From Clostridiales bacterium UBA5888 (GTDB lineage: Bacteria > Bacillota > Clostridia > Oscillospirales > Oscillospiraceae): a stretch of DNA of 32,000 bases. Position 1 is the stretch's first letter; every line of letters starts with the position of its first letter. Both the position numbers and the translations under genes were made by a program. The stretch covers positions 96,854 through 128,853 of the forward strand of contig DJEW01000011.1 in the NCBI GenBank assembly GCA_002431965.1. Direction: 5' to 3'. This document shows positions 1 to 7,914 of the stretch, in pieces. The notes beneath the pieces were generated by a model. The model worked only from the letters and a program-made list of their open reading frames with translations, was not told the origin of the DNA and searched no databases.

Positions 1-2
1 AG

Positions 3-680
3 ATAGAATACACGCTTGAGCGAAAGCGCGTGAAGAACATCAACCTGCGCGTGAGGAGCGACGCAAGCGTATACGTTTCCGCCCCGCAGCTCGTGCCGAT
101 GGCGGCAATAGAGACGATGCTGCGCAAAAACGCTGCGTACATAATGCAGCACCGCGCCGCAGCGGAGGCGCGGCTGGAGAGAGTGCGCGATTTCACCGAG
201 GGGCGCGCCGTGCGCATCCTGGGCAGGAGCTATGCCGTAATATACCGCGCGGGGGCTAAAAACGGCGCGGAGCTTTATGACGGCGCGGTATACGTGACGC
301 TGAGAAACCCCGACGACGCCGACGCCGGTGCGCGGGCGCTGGAGAAGTGGCTGCGCGCGCTGTGTGCGCAGGAGATAGAGCGCATATGCGAGCGGGTGTA
401 CCCGGCGTTTGAAGCGATGGGCGCGGCGTACCCGGAGATAAAGCTGCGGCGCATGACGAGCCGGTGGGGCAGCTGCCGCCCAAAAGCGGGCGTGCTGACA
501 TTCAACACGGGGCTTATCCACACGGACGAGGCGTGCATAGAGTATGTCGTGACGCACGAATTCTGCCATTTTATCCACCCGGATCATTCCCCGGCGTTCC
601 ATGCGCTGATGACGCGGCTGATGCCCGACTGGCGCGAGAGAAAAAAGCGCCTGAACGAAACGCCGTTTCCCGGCGTTTGA
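3..680 (+). CDS. YgjP/DUF45-type zinc metallohydrolase (M48/WLM-like), 5' end outside window
   Basis: The frame is open from base 3 (IEYTLERKRVKNINLRV...), so the GTG at 30 in the ORF track is internal. It has an RWGSC motif and a C-terminal HEFCH (HExxH) zinc site typical of DUF45 proteins. Confidence 0.8.
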   Translation: MEYTLERKRVKNINLRVRSDASVYVSAPQLVPMAAIETMLRKNAAYIMQHRAAAEARLERVRDFTEGRAVRILGRSYAVIYRAGAKNGAELYDGAVYVTLRNPDDADAGARALEKWLRALCAQEIERICERVYPAFEAMGAAYPEIKLRRMTSRWGSCRPKAGVLTFNTGLIHTDEACIEYVVTHEFCHFIHPDHSPAFHALMTRLMPDWRERKKRLNETPFPGV

Positions 681-684
681 GGTA

Positions 685-713
685 TTGCGCCGTGCGTTAA
701 AACATAGTATAAT
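685..713 (+). promoter_or_regulatory. Candidate sigma-A promoter for the PfkB kinase gene
   Basis: TTGCGC (685-690), 17-nt spacer, TATAAT (708-713), 35 nt upstream of the ATG at 748. Confidence 0.35.
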
Positions 714-747
714 TCGACAAAATACGACATGAAATGAGGGCTCGGCG

Positions 748-1680
748 ATGGCGATAACCGTGGTGGGCAATGTGTTTGTGGATATTAAGGGCTTCCCGGA
801 TGACAGCTATATCCCCGGCGGACGCAACGCGGGTCGTGTGGAATTCGTGCACGGCGGCGTGGGGCGCAATGTCGCGGAGGATATTGCCAATGTTGAGCTT
901 CGCCCGCGCTTTGTCAGCATGGTGGACGACACGCCCGAGGGCGCGGAGGTGCTCAGAAAGCTCAACAACCACAAGGTGAACACAGAGTATGTGCTGTCCG
1001 TGCCGAACGGCATGGGCATGTGGCTGGCGGTGTTCGACGAGACGGGGGATATTGTCGGCTCTATTTCCAAACGCCCGGACATGTCGGCGATGGTACGGCT
1101 TGTGGAGGAAAAGGGAGACGAGATATTTGCCGGCTGCGACAGCATCGTGCTGGAGATCGATCTGGACAAGGAGATAATAAAAAGCGTTTTCAGGTACGCG
1201 GAGAAATACAATAAGCGCGTGTACGCCGTTGTGGCGAACATGAGCATTGCCACGCAGCGGCGCGATTTTCTGCAGTCGATCGACTGCTTTGTTTGCAACG
1301 CCGAGGAGGCTGGCATGCTCTTTGTGTGCGACATGAGCGGGCTTTCGCCGGAGGCGCTGTGCGAGGAGCTTTCAAAGCGCGTTATGAGAGCGCGCATTCC
1401 ATCCATGGTCGTCACGCTTGGCAGCCGGGGCGCGGTGTACGCGGATATGCACGGCGACAAGGGCGTTTATCCTGCCCATCGCGTCAATGTGCGAGACACG
1501 ACGGGCGCGGGCGATGCGTTCTGCGCAGGGGTGGCGATGGGGCTGACCTACGGGAAGACGATGCGCGAGGCGGTTGAGATAGGCACGCGGCTGGCGGCGT
1601 CGGTGATAACAGTGTCGGAAAACGTCTGCCCACGCTTTCTGCCGCGCGAGCTTGGGCTGGACATAGACGTGACGGATTAG
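748..1680 (+). CDS. PfkB-family carbohydrate/nucleoside kinase (ribokinase fold)
   Basis: 310 aa with an N-terminal GGVGRNVA motif and a C-terminal DTTGAGDAFCAG anion-hole/ATP motif characteristic of PfkB kinases. GAGGG SD lies upstream. Confidence 0.85.
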   Translation: MAITVVGNVFVDIKGFPDDSYIPGGRNAGRVEFVHGGVGRNVAEDIANVELRPRFVSMVDDTPEGAEVLRKLNNHKVNTEYVLSVPNGMGMWLAVFDETGDIVGSISKRPDMSAMVRLVEEKGDEIFAGCDSIVLEIDLDKEIIKSVFRYAEKYNKRVYAVVANMSIATQRRDFLQSIDCFVCNAEEAGMLFVCDMSGLSPEALCEELSKRVMRARIPSMVVTLGSRGAVYADMHGDKGVYPAHRVNVRDTTGAGDAFCAGVAMGLTYGKTMREAVEIGTRLAASVITVSENVCPRFLPRELGLDIDVTD

Positions 1681-1681
1681 C

Positions 1682-1716
1682 AATACCCAAACCGGAAATA
1701 TACCGGTTTGGGTATT
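1682..1716 (+). terminator. Hairpin terminator after the kinase gene
   Basis: Perfect 14-bp stem AATACCCAAACCGG / CCGGTTTGGGTATT with a 7-nt loop, starting 2 nt after the stop codon. It is followed by the T-rich GTTATTAT; the U-tract is weak. Confidence 0.6.
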
Positions 1717-1788
1717 GTTATTATGCTCAAAAGCATATCCCCGAATTTGGACATTGCGCCAAAGTTGAGGAATCTTTGCGAAGTGTTG

Positions 1789-1817
1789 TTGACTTTGCGC
1801 CGCAAGCTTGCTAATAT
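1789..1817 (+). promoter_or_regulatory. Sigma-A promoter of the LacI-family regulator / sugar operon
   Basis: TTGACT (1789-1794), exactly 17 nt, TAATAT (1812-1817). Confidence 0.6.
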
Positions 1818-1834
1818 TTAAGCACAGAGAGATT

Positions 1835-1860
1835 GGAAACGTTTCCGGCAACGTTGCCGG
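1835..1860. promoter_or_regulatory. Two abutting LacI-type operator palindromes just downstream of the promoter
   Basis: GGAAACGTTTCC (1835-1846, perfect 12-mer) overlaps CCGGCAACGTTGCCGG (1845-1860, perfect 16-mer). Both have the central AACGTT core typical of LacI/CcpA-family operators. Confidence 0.55.
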
Positions 1861-1927
1861 GAACGGTATCGCGCAAAAAAACAGGACAAAACACGACGGA
1901 ACAATTTCCGTCAGGGCGGGAGAAAAC

Positions 1928-2953
1928 ATGACAATAAAAGACATTGCCAAGGCGTGCGGGGTGAGCGTGAGCACAGTGTCCCGCGTGCTGAATGACCGCC
2001 CGGATGTGAGCGCCGAGGTGCGCAGACGTGTGCTGGATGTCGTGGAGGACAAGGGGTATATTCCCAACAACAGTGCGCGCGACCTTGTGCGCAGCCAGTC
2101 CGCCGCGATAGGCGTGATAGTGCGCGGGATGGGAAACCTGTTCTTTGCGGATATGCTGAAGACCGTGGCGCGCGAGATAGAGCGCAGCGGCTACACCATG
2201 GTGCTGCACTTTATCGACTCCGACGCGGACGAGGTAAAGGCAGGGGCGATACTTGAGCGTGAAAAGAAGCTGCGCGGGCTTATCTTCCTTGGCGGAAGAT
2301 TTGACTATACCCCGTCCGAGCTGACGCTGATAGGCGTGCCGTATGTGTGCTGCTCCTATACAAACTGCTTCGGCTCGCTGCGCGAGGAGGATTATTCCTC
2401 CGTTTCCATTGACGACTACTCCACCGCATATAAGGCGACGGAAATACTTATAGAGCGCGGGCACCGGCGCATTGCCGCCGCCGTGCCGAGCTGCAGCGAC
2501 CGGTCGATAAGCGAGCTGCGCTGCAACGGCTACCGCGAGGCGCTGCGCGATCACGGAATCAGGTTTGACAGCGCGCTGCTCGTGGAGACGGGCGGCTGCT
2601 TCGACATGACGGAGACGTATCAGGCGGTCAGCGCGCTCATGCGCACGAAGGCGGAATTCACGGCGCTGCTGACGCTCTCGGACACGACGGCGATCGCCGC
2701 GATGAAGGCGATAGAGGACAGCGGAAGGCGCGTGCCCGACGACGTGTCGGTTATAGCCATCGACGGGCTGAACGTGTCTGAATATGTCTCGCCGACGCTG
2801 ACGACGCTTGTGCAGCCGGCAGAGGAGATGGGGCGCGAGAGCGTGAAGATCCTTGTGGACACGCTTGAGGGGCGCGGCAAGGCGCGGCACGTCTGCGTGG
2901 AAACGCATCTGCGCGAGGGCGCTTCGGTGAAGCGGCTCGTGCCTGACAGATAA
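1928..2953 (+). CDS. LacI-family transcriptional regulator (MalR-like by context)
   Basis: The N-terminal HTH MTIKDIAKACGVSVSTVSRVLN is followed by a periplasmic-binding-protein-like sugar-binding fold. The start is moved to the ATG at 1928 (GGGAGAAAAC SD), because the 1808 extension in the track overlaps the promoter and operators. Confidence 0.9.
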   Translation: MTIKDIAKACGVSVSTVSRVLNDRPDVSAEVRRRVLDVVEDKGYIPNNSARDLVRSQSAAIGVIVRGMGNLFFADMLKTVAREIERSGYTMVLHFIDSDADEVKAGAILEREKKLRGLIFLGGRFDYTPSELTLIGVPYVCCSYTNCFGSLREEDYSSVSIDDYSTAYKATEILIERGHRRIAAAVPSCSDRSISELRCNGYREALRDHGIRFDSALLVETGGCFDMTETYQAVSALMRTKAEFTALLTLSDTTAIAAMKAIEDSGRRVPDDVSVIAIDGLNVSEYVSPTLTTLVQPAEEMGRESVKILVDTLEGRGKARHVCVETHLREGASVKRLVPDR

Positions 2954-3062
2954 ACATGATTTTCCCGACCGGCACCCACGCCGGCGTGAAGATACCAAAC
3001 CCGCGCAGGGCGGCAGAGCCGTCTGCAACGGGACAAAAAATCTTAAAAGGAGAAAGTATCTA

Positions 3063-4403
3063 ATGAAAAAGATTCTTGCAATGCTTCTGGCGCTGTGCAT
3101 GGTCTTTGCTCTGTGCGCCTGCGGACAGTCCGCAGCTCCTGCTGAGCAGCCTGCCCAGGAGAGTGCCGCTCCCGCAGAGGACGCAGCACCCGCTGACGAG
3201 ACCCCCGCAGCCGAGGGCTCCGTCTACTACCTCAACTTCAAGCCCGAGCAGGATGAGCAGTGGCAGGCTCTTGCAAAGAGCTACACTGAGCAGACCGGCG
3301 TCCCCGTGACCGTAGTCACCGCCGCTTCCGGCACTTACGAGGAGACCCTCGCCGCCGAGATGGCGAAGAGCGAAGCGCCCACCCTGTTCCAGGTCAACGG
3401 GCCTGTCGGTCTTGCAAACTGGAAGGACTACTGCTACGATCTCAGCGGCACTGACCTCTACGGCGAGCTGACGAGCGATTCCTATGCGCTCAAGGACGGC
3501 GACGCTGTTTGCGGCATTGCCTACGTTATCGAGTCCTACGGTCTCATCGTCAACAAGACCCTGCTTGAAAAGGCCGGCTACACTATTGCCGACATCAACT
3601 CCTTCGACACCCTCAAGGCCGTCGCCGAGGACATCACCGCCCGCAAGGACGAGCTCGGCTTCGCCGCTTTCACCTCCGCCGGTATGGACAGCTCCTCCGA
3701 CTGGCGCTTCAAGACCCACCTTGCCAACCTCCCCATCTACTTTGAGTACAAGGATGAGGGCATAAGCAGCACCGACGCTATCAAGGGCACTTACCTTGAT
3801 AACTACAAGGCGATCTGGGATCTCTACATCAACAACTCCACCTGCGATCCCAAGGATCTGGCGAGCAAGACCGGCGACGACTCCCGCAATGAGCTGCTCA
3901 ACGGCGAGGCCGTGTTCTTCCAGAACGGTTCCTGGGAGTACGGCAACCTGTCCGGCACGTTCACTGACGACGAGCTGGCGATGATCCCCATCTACATCGG
4001 TGTGGGCGATGAGGCAAACCAGGGTCTGTGCACCGGCACCGAGAACTACTGGTGCGTCAACAACGAGGCTGACGAGGCCGATATAAAGGCGACGCTCGAC
4101 TTCCTGTACTGGTGCGTTACCTCTGAGGAAGGCACGAAAGCTCTTGCAGACGACATGGGCTTTGTTATCCCCTTCAAGAGCGCTGTCGAGTCCAGCAACC
4201 TCTTCGTCAAGCAGGATGCCGAGTACACCGCAGAGGGCAAGACCCCTGTGTCCTGGAACTTCACCACCATGCCCTCCGAGGAGTGGAAGAACGGTGTTGG
4301 TTCTGCTCTGACCGCTTATGCGGCCGGCACCGGCGACTGGGACGGCGTTGTCACCGCGTTTGTCGATGGCTGGGCTTCCGAGTATGCACTTGCCAACGGC
4401 TGA
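3063..4403 (+). CDS. Carbohydrate ABC transporter substrate-binding lipoprotein (CUT1 family)
   Basis: Signal peptide with an LCAC lipobox (MKKILAMLLALCMVFALCACG), an Ala/Pro/Glu-rich tether, then a family-1 solute-binding fold. AAGGAG SD is present. The gene lies upstream of two MalF/MalG-like permeases. Confidence 0.9.
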   Translation: MKKILAMLLALCMVFALCACGQSAAPAEQPAQESAAPAEDAAPADETPAAEGSVYYLNFKPEQDEQWQALAKSYTEQTGVPVTVVTAASGTYEETLAAEMAKSEAPTLFQVNGPVGLANWKDYCYDLSGTDLYGELTSDSYALKDGDAVCGIAYVIESYGLIVNKTLLEKAGYTIADINSFDTLKAVAEDITARKDELGFAAFTSAGMDSSSDWRFKTHLANLPIYFEYKDEGISSTDAIKGTYLDNYKAIWDLYINNSTCDPKDLASKTGDDSRNELLNGEAVFFQNGSWEYGNLSGTFTDDELAMIPIYIGVGDEANQGLCTGTENYWCVNNEADEADIKATLDFLYWCVTSEEGTKALADDMGFVIPFKSAVESSNLFVKQDAEYTAEGKTPVSWNFTTMPSEEWKNGVGSALTAYAAGTGDWDGVVTAFVDGWASEYALANG

Positions 4404-4431
4404 TAGAAATATCGCCGAAAGCCAACAAATC

Positions 4432-4460
4432 AAAAGGGTGGGCATCCGCCCACCCTTTTT
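4432..4460 (+). terminator. Intra-operon intrinsic terminator/attenuator after the binding-protein gene
   Basis: AAAAGGGTGGGC-atcc-GCCCACCCTTTTT: a GC-rich 8-12 bp stem with a flanking A-run and T-run, 29 nt after the stop codon. Confidence 0.7.
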
Positions 4461-4611
4461 CCTACACCTGACCCGTGCACCGTGTGCTTTTATACGGCGC
4501 AGGGGTCAGGTATAGGGCAGCGCCGCAATCATGACCCCGGTTTTACGGTCGGTCGTTTTGCCGCATTGACCGGCGCTGCCATAAGAAAATTTAACACAGG
4601 AGGAGATTGAG

Positions 4612-5463
4612 TTGGAAAAGGCTATTAGAAAGTACTGGCCGCTGTTTCTGCTGCCGACTTTGTGCGCTTTCGTGATCGGGTTTGTCGTCCCGTTCGTGCA
4701 GGGCGCATATCTGTCGTTCTGCAAATTCCAGACGGTCAACAAGGCGACGTTTATTGGCGTGTCGAACTACGTGAAAGCGGTCGCAGATCCTCTGTTTTCA
4801 CAGTCGTTCTGGCTGACGGTGCGCTTCACGGTGGTCTCCACGCTCGTGATCAACGTTTTCGCGCTGACCGTGGCGCTGCTGCTGACGCGAAACATCAAGG
4901 GCACGAATCTTTTCAGAACGGTGTACTTCATGCCGAACCTTATCGGCGGCATCGTTCTCGGCTACATATGGCAGGTGCTGCTTAACTGCGCGCTCACTCT
5001 GCTGGGCAAGCCCCTGCTCGCGCTGGACGCAACATATGGCTATTGGGGGCTTATCATTCTGATGGCATGGCAGCAGATAGGCTATATGATGATAATTTAC
5101 ATCGCGGGGCTGCAGGCCATACCGAACGACTATATAGAAGCGGCGAAGATAGACGGCGCAAACTCCTGGCAGACGCTGTGGAAGGTGAAAATGCCAAACC
5201 TTATGCCGTCAATCACGATCTGCCTGTTTCTCACGCTCACAAACTCCTTCAAGCTCTTTGACCAGAACCTTGCGCTCACCGCGGGCGAGCCTGCCCACGC
5301 CTCGGAGCTGATAGCGCTGAACATCTATAATACGTTCTACGTGCGCTCCGGCATGCAGTGGAAGGGTATAGGACAGGCGAAGGCGGTCATATTCTGCATT
5401 ATCGTTGTTATAATCTCGCTTATTCAGCTCAAGGTGACACGCTCAAAGGAGGTACAGCAGTAA
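4612..5463 (+). CDS. Sugar ABC transporter permease (MalF/UgpA-like)
   Basis: Multi-TM protein with the EAA loop IEAAKIDGANSWQTLWKVKMPNL. TTG start lies 8 nt after an AGGAGG SD. Confidence 0.9.
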   Translation: MEKAIRKYWPLFLLPTLCAFVIGFVVPFVQGAYLSFCKFQTVNKATFIGVSNYVKAVADPLFSQSFWLTVRFTVVSTLVINVFALTVALLLTRNIKGTNLFRTVYFMPNLIGGIVLGYIWQVLLNCALTLLGKPLLALDATYGYWGLIILMAWQQIGYMMIIYIAGLQAIPNDYIEAAKIDGANSWQTLWKVKMPNLMPSITICLFLTLTNSFKLFDQNLALTAGEPAHASELIALNIYNTFYVRSGMQWKGIGQAKAVIFCIIVVIISLIQLKVTRSKEVQQ

Positions 5464-6305
5464 TGGAAAAGAGAAATCGTATAATCAACGGCGTTCTCAC
5501 GTTCATTTTTGCCATACTGAGCCTTGCGTGGGTGTACCCTGTCGTTATGGTGGTGCTCAACTCCCTCAAGATAGAGCGCGCCATCAGCACCAGCACCGTC
5601 TTCAAGCTTCCGACGGCGGACACGTTTGCAGGACTTTCAAACTTTGCCGATGCGATCTCGTCCAAGGGCTTCCTCTCGGCGTTCTGGTACAGCCTTGTGA
5701 TAACGGTCACGTCCGTTGTGCTCATCCTTGTTTGCTGCTCGATGTGCGCATGGTTTATTACGCGCGTCAACACCTGGGTGTCAAAGCTGTGTTACTTTCT
5801 CTTTGTGTTTTCAATGGTCGTGCCGTTCCAGATGCTGATGTTCACACTGTCGGCACTGTCGGATAAGCTCGGACTCAATACGCCGTATAATATCTGCATC
5901 ATCTACCTGGGCTTCGGCGCGGGGCTGGCGGTATTCATGTTCTGCGGCTTTGTCAAGTCCATACCAATTGAGATAGAAGAGGCGGCGATGATAGACGGCT
6001 GCGGTCCGCTGAGAACTTTCTTCTCCGTTGTGCTGCCGATGCTCAAGCCAACGCTTGTCTCCGTTGGAATACTGGAGACGATGTGGCTGTGGAACGACTA
6101 TCTTCTGCCTTACCTCGTGCTCGACCGCAAGAAGTACACCACCATCCCCATACTCATTCAGTACTTCCGCGGCAGCTACGGCAAGGTTGAGATGGGCCCG
6201 ATGATGGCGTGCATCGTGCTGACCATAATACCCATTATCATCGTCTACGTTGTCGGGCAGAAGCACATCATCAAGGGTGTGGCTGCCGGCGCCGTGAAGG
6301 GCTGA
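5463..6305 (+). CDS. Sugar ABC transporter permease (MalG/UgpE-like)
   Basis: EAA loop IEEAAMIDGCGPLRTFFSVVLPML. The start is set at the ATG at 5463, overlapping the upstream TAA (TAATG coupling); the track's 5358 extension overlaps the previous gene. Confidence 0.9.
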   Translation: MEKRNRIINGVLTFIFAILSLAWVYPVVMVVLNSLKIERAISTSTVFKLPTADTFAGLSNFADAISSKGFLSAFWYSLVITVTSVVLILVCCSMCAWFITRVNTWVSKLCYFLFVFSMVVPFQMLMFTLSALSDKLGLNTPYNICIIYLGFGAGLAVFMFCGFVKSIPIEIEEAAMIDGCGPLRTFFSVVLPMLKPTLVSVGILETMWLWNDYLLPYLVLDRKKYTTIPILIQYFRGSYGKVEMGPMMACIVLTIIPIIIVYVVGQKHIIKGVAAGAVKG

Positions 6306-6331
6306 TACTAAAATCAAAGCAGGTGATTACC

Positions 6332-7855
6332 ATGGACCGCTCAAGCGGTATACTAATGGCCATGAGCTCCCTGCCGTCAAAGCACGGTATAGGGACGATG
6401 GGCAAGTGCGCATACGAATTTATTGATTTTCTGAAGGCGGCGGGGCAAAAATACTGGCAGCTGCTGCCACTTGGACCGACAAGCTACGGCGACAGCCCAT
6501 ACTCCTCGTTTTCCACCTTTGCCGGAAATCCATACTATATAGACCTGGATATGCTCATCGAGGACGGGCTTTTGAAGCGCAGCGATCTGCGCGGAGCCGA
6601 ATGGGGCGAGGATGCGGCAAGCGTAGACTACGGCAGGATATATGAGCAGCGCTTCAAGGTGCTGCGCCGCGCGTTCGACCGCGGGCGCGAGAGTGAGAGG
6701 GAGAATGCAGAGCAGTTCCGCCGAGAGAACCCATGGGTGGAGAACTACGCGCTTTTTATGGCGGTCAAGGCGAGCTTCGGCATGAAAAGCTGGCAGGAGT
6801 GGACGGATGAAGACATCCGCATGCGCCGCGAGAGCGCCGTGCGCGAATACGGTGAGCGTCTGCGCGAGGATGTGGATTTCTACGTGTTCCTGCAATATCT
6901 CTTCTATCGCCAGTGGGACGCGCTGCGCGATTATGCGCATGAAAACGGCGTGCAGTTCATCGGCGACATTCCAATCTATGTCGCGCTTGACTCCGCAGAT
7001 GTGTGGAGCGACCCGCAGTTTTTCCAGCTTGACGAGAACAACGTCCCGGTGGAGGTCGCGGGCGTGCCGCCGGATGCTTTCACCGCCGACGGTCAGCTCT
7101 GGGGCAACCCGCTGTACGACTGGGGGCGCATGGCCGCAGACGGCTACGGGTGGTGGATACGCCGCATCGCAGGCGCAAAGAGGCTGTACGATGTGATACG
7201 CATCGACCATTTCCGCGGCTTTGACAGCTATTGGGCGGTGCCCTACGGCGACAGAACAGCGAAAAACGGCACATGGAGACCGGGACCCGGAATGGGGTTG
7301 GTTGGCGTGCTGACCTCGTGGTTTAATGATCTGAGCTTTATTGCGGAGGATCTGGGCTATGTCACGCCGGGCGTGCGCAGGCTGCTGTCCGATTCAGGAC
7401 TGCCCGGAATGAAGATACTTGAATTCGCGTTCGACGCCCATGGCGAATCGGACTATCTCCCTCACCGGTGCGAGCGCAACAGCGTGTGCTACATGGGCAC
7501 GCACGACAACGACACCGCGCTTGGCTGGCTTGCCGGGACGGGGAAGGACGACCGGCGCTTTGCCGAAAGGTATATGCACATCACACCCGACGAGGGGTGG
7601 TGCTGGGGCATGATACGCACGGGCATGTCCACCGCGTCCGATCTCTTCGTCATGCAGATGCAGGACGTGCTGGAGCTTGGCGCAGGCTGCCGGATGAACG
7701 TTCCGGGCAGAGCATACGGAAACTGGCGCTGGCGCATGCTGCCGGGCGCGGCAAATAAAAAGCTTGCAAAGAAGCTGCGCGAATACACCGCAACGTTCCG
7801 CCGCCTTCCGGAGACGGCGGGGGAGAGTGCGAAAGCGGAAGAGAGCGCAAAGTGA
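6332..7855 (+). CDS. malQ: 4-alpha-glucanotransferase (amylomaltase, GH77)
   Basis: GH77 signatures are present: SGILMAMSSLPSKHGIG, YSSFSTFAGNPYYIDL, GDIPIYVALDSADVW, IDHFRGF, AEDLG, GTHDNDT. The start is set at the ATG at 6332; the track's 6209 extension overlaps the permease. Confidence 0.9.
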   Translation: MDRSSGILMAMSSLPSKHGIGTMGKCAYEFIDFLKAAGQKYWQLLPLGPTSYGDSPYSSFSTFAGNPYYIDLDMLIEDGLLKRSDLRGAEWGEDAASVDYGRIYEQRFKVLRRAFDRGRESERENAEQFRRENPWVENYALFMAVKASFGMKSWQEWTDEDIRMRRESAVREYGERLREDVDFYVFLQYLFYRQWDALRDYAHENGVQFIGDIPIYVALDSADVWSDPQFFQLDENNVPVEVAGVPPDAFTADGQLWGNPLYDWGRMAADGYGWWIRRIAGAKRLYDVIRIDHFRGFDSYWAVPYGDRTAKNGTWRPGPGMGLVGVLTSWFNDLSFIAEDLGYVTPGVRRLLSDSGLPGMKILEFAFDAHGESDYLPHRCERNSVCYMGTHDNDTALGWLAGTGKDDRRFAERYMHITPDEGWCWGMIRTGMSTASDLFVMQMQDVLELGAGCRMNVPGRAYGNWRWRMLPGAANKKLAKKLREYTATFRRLPETAGESAKAEESAK

Positions 7856-7861
7856 ATATGA

Positions 7862-7895
7862 ATCGACCGTCTGCATTGCGCAGCCGGTCGATTTT
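7862..7895 (+). terminator. Terminator between convergent malQ and the transglutaminase-like gene
   Basis: ATCGACCG-t-CTGC-attgc-GCAG-c-CGGTCGAT composite stem followed by TTTT. Confidence 0.6.
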
Positions 7896-7914
7896 CGTAT
7901 ATTATACAAGTTCA

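Noticed and set aside
1811-3100. Very long antisense ORFs opposite real genes. Examples are 1811-3100 (429 aa), 3060-4445 (461 aa), 6377-7210, 9923-10813, 11203-12783 (526 aa), 16432-17652 (406 aa), 20987-22774 (595 aa), 25184-26452 (422 aa) and 28362-29678 (438 aa).
   Set aside because: Their products are Arg/Ala/Gly/His-rich with no motifs. They lack SD sites and mirror genes with clear family signatures on the other strand. Such shadow ORFs are expected in GC3-rich DNA because stop codons are rare in the antisense frame.
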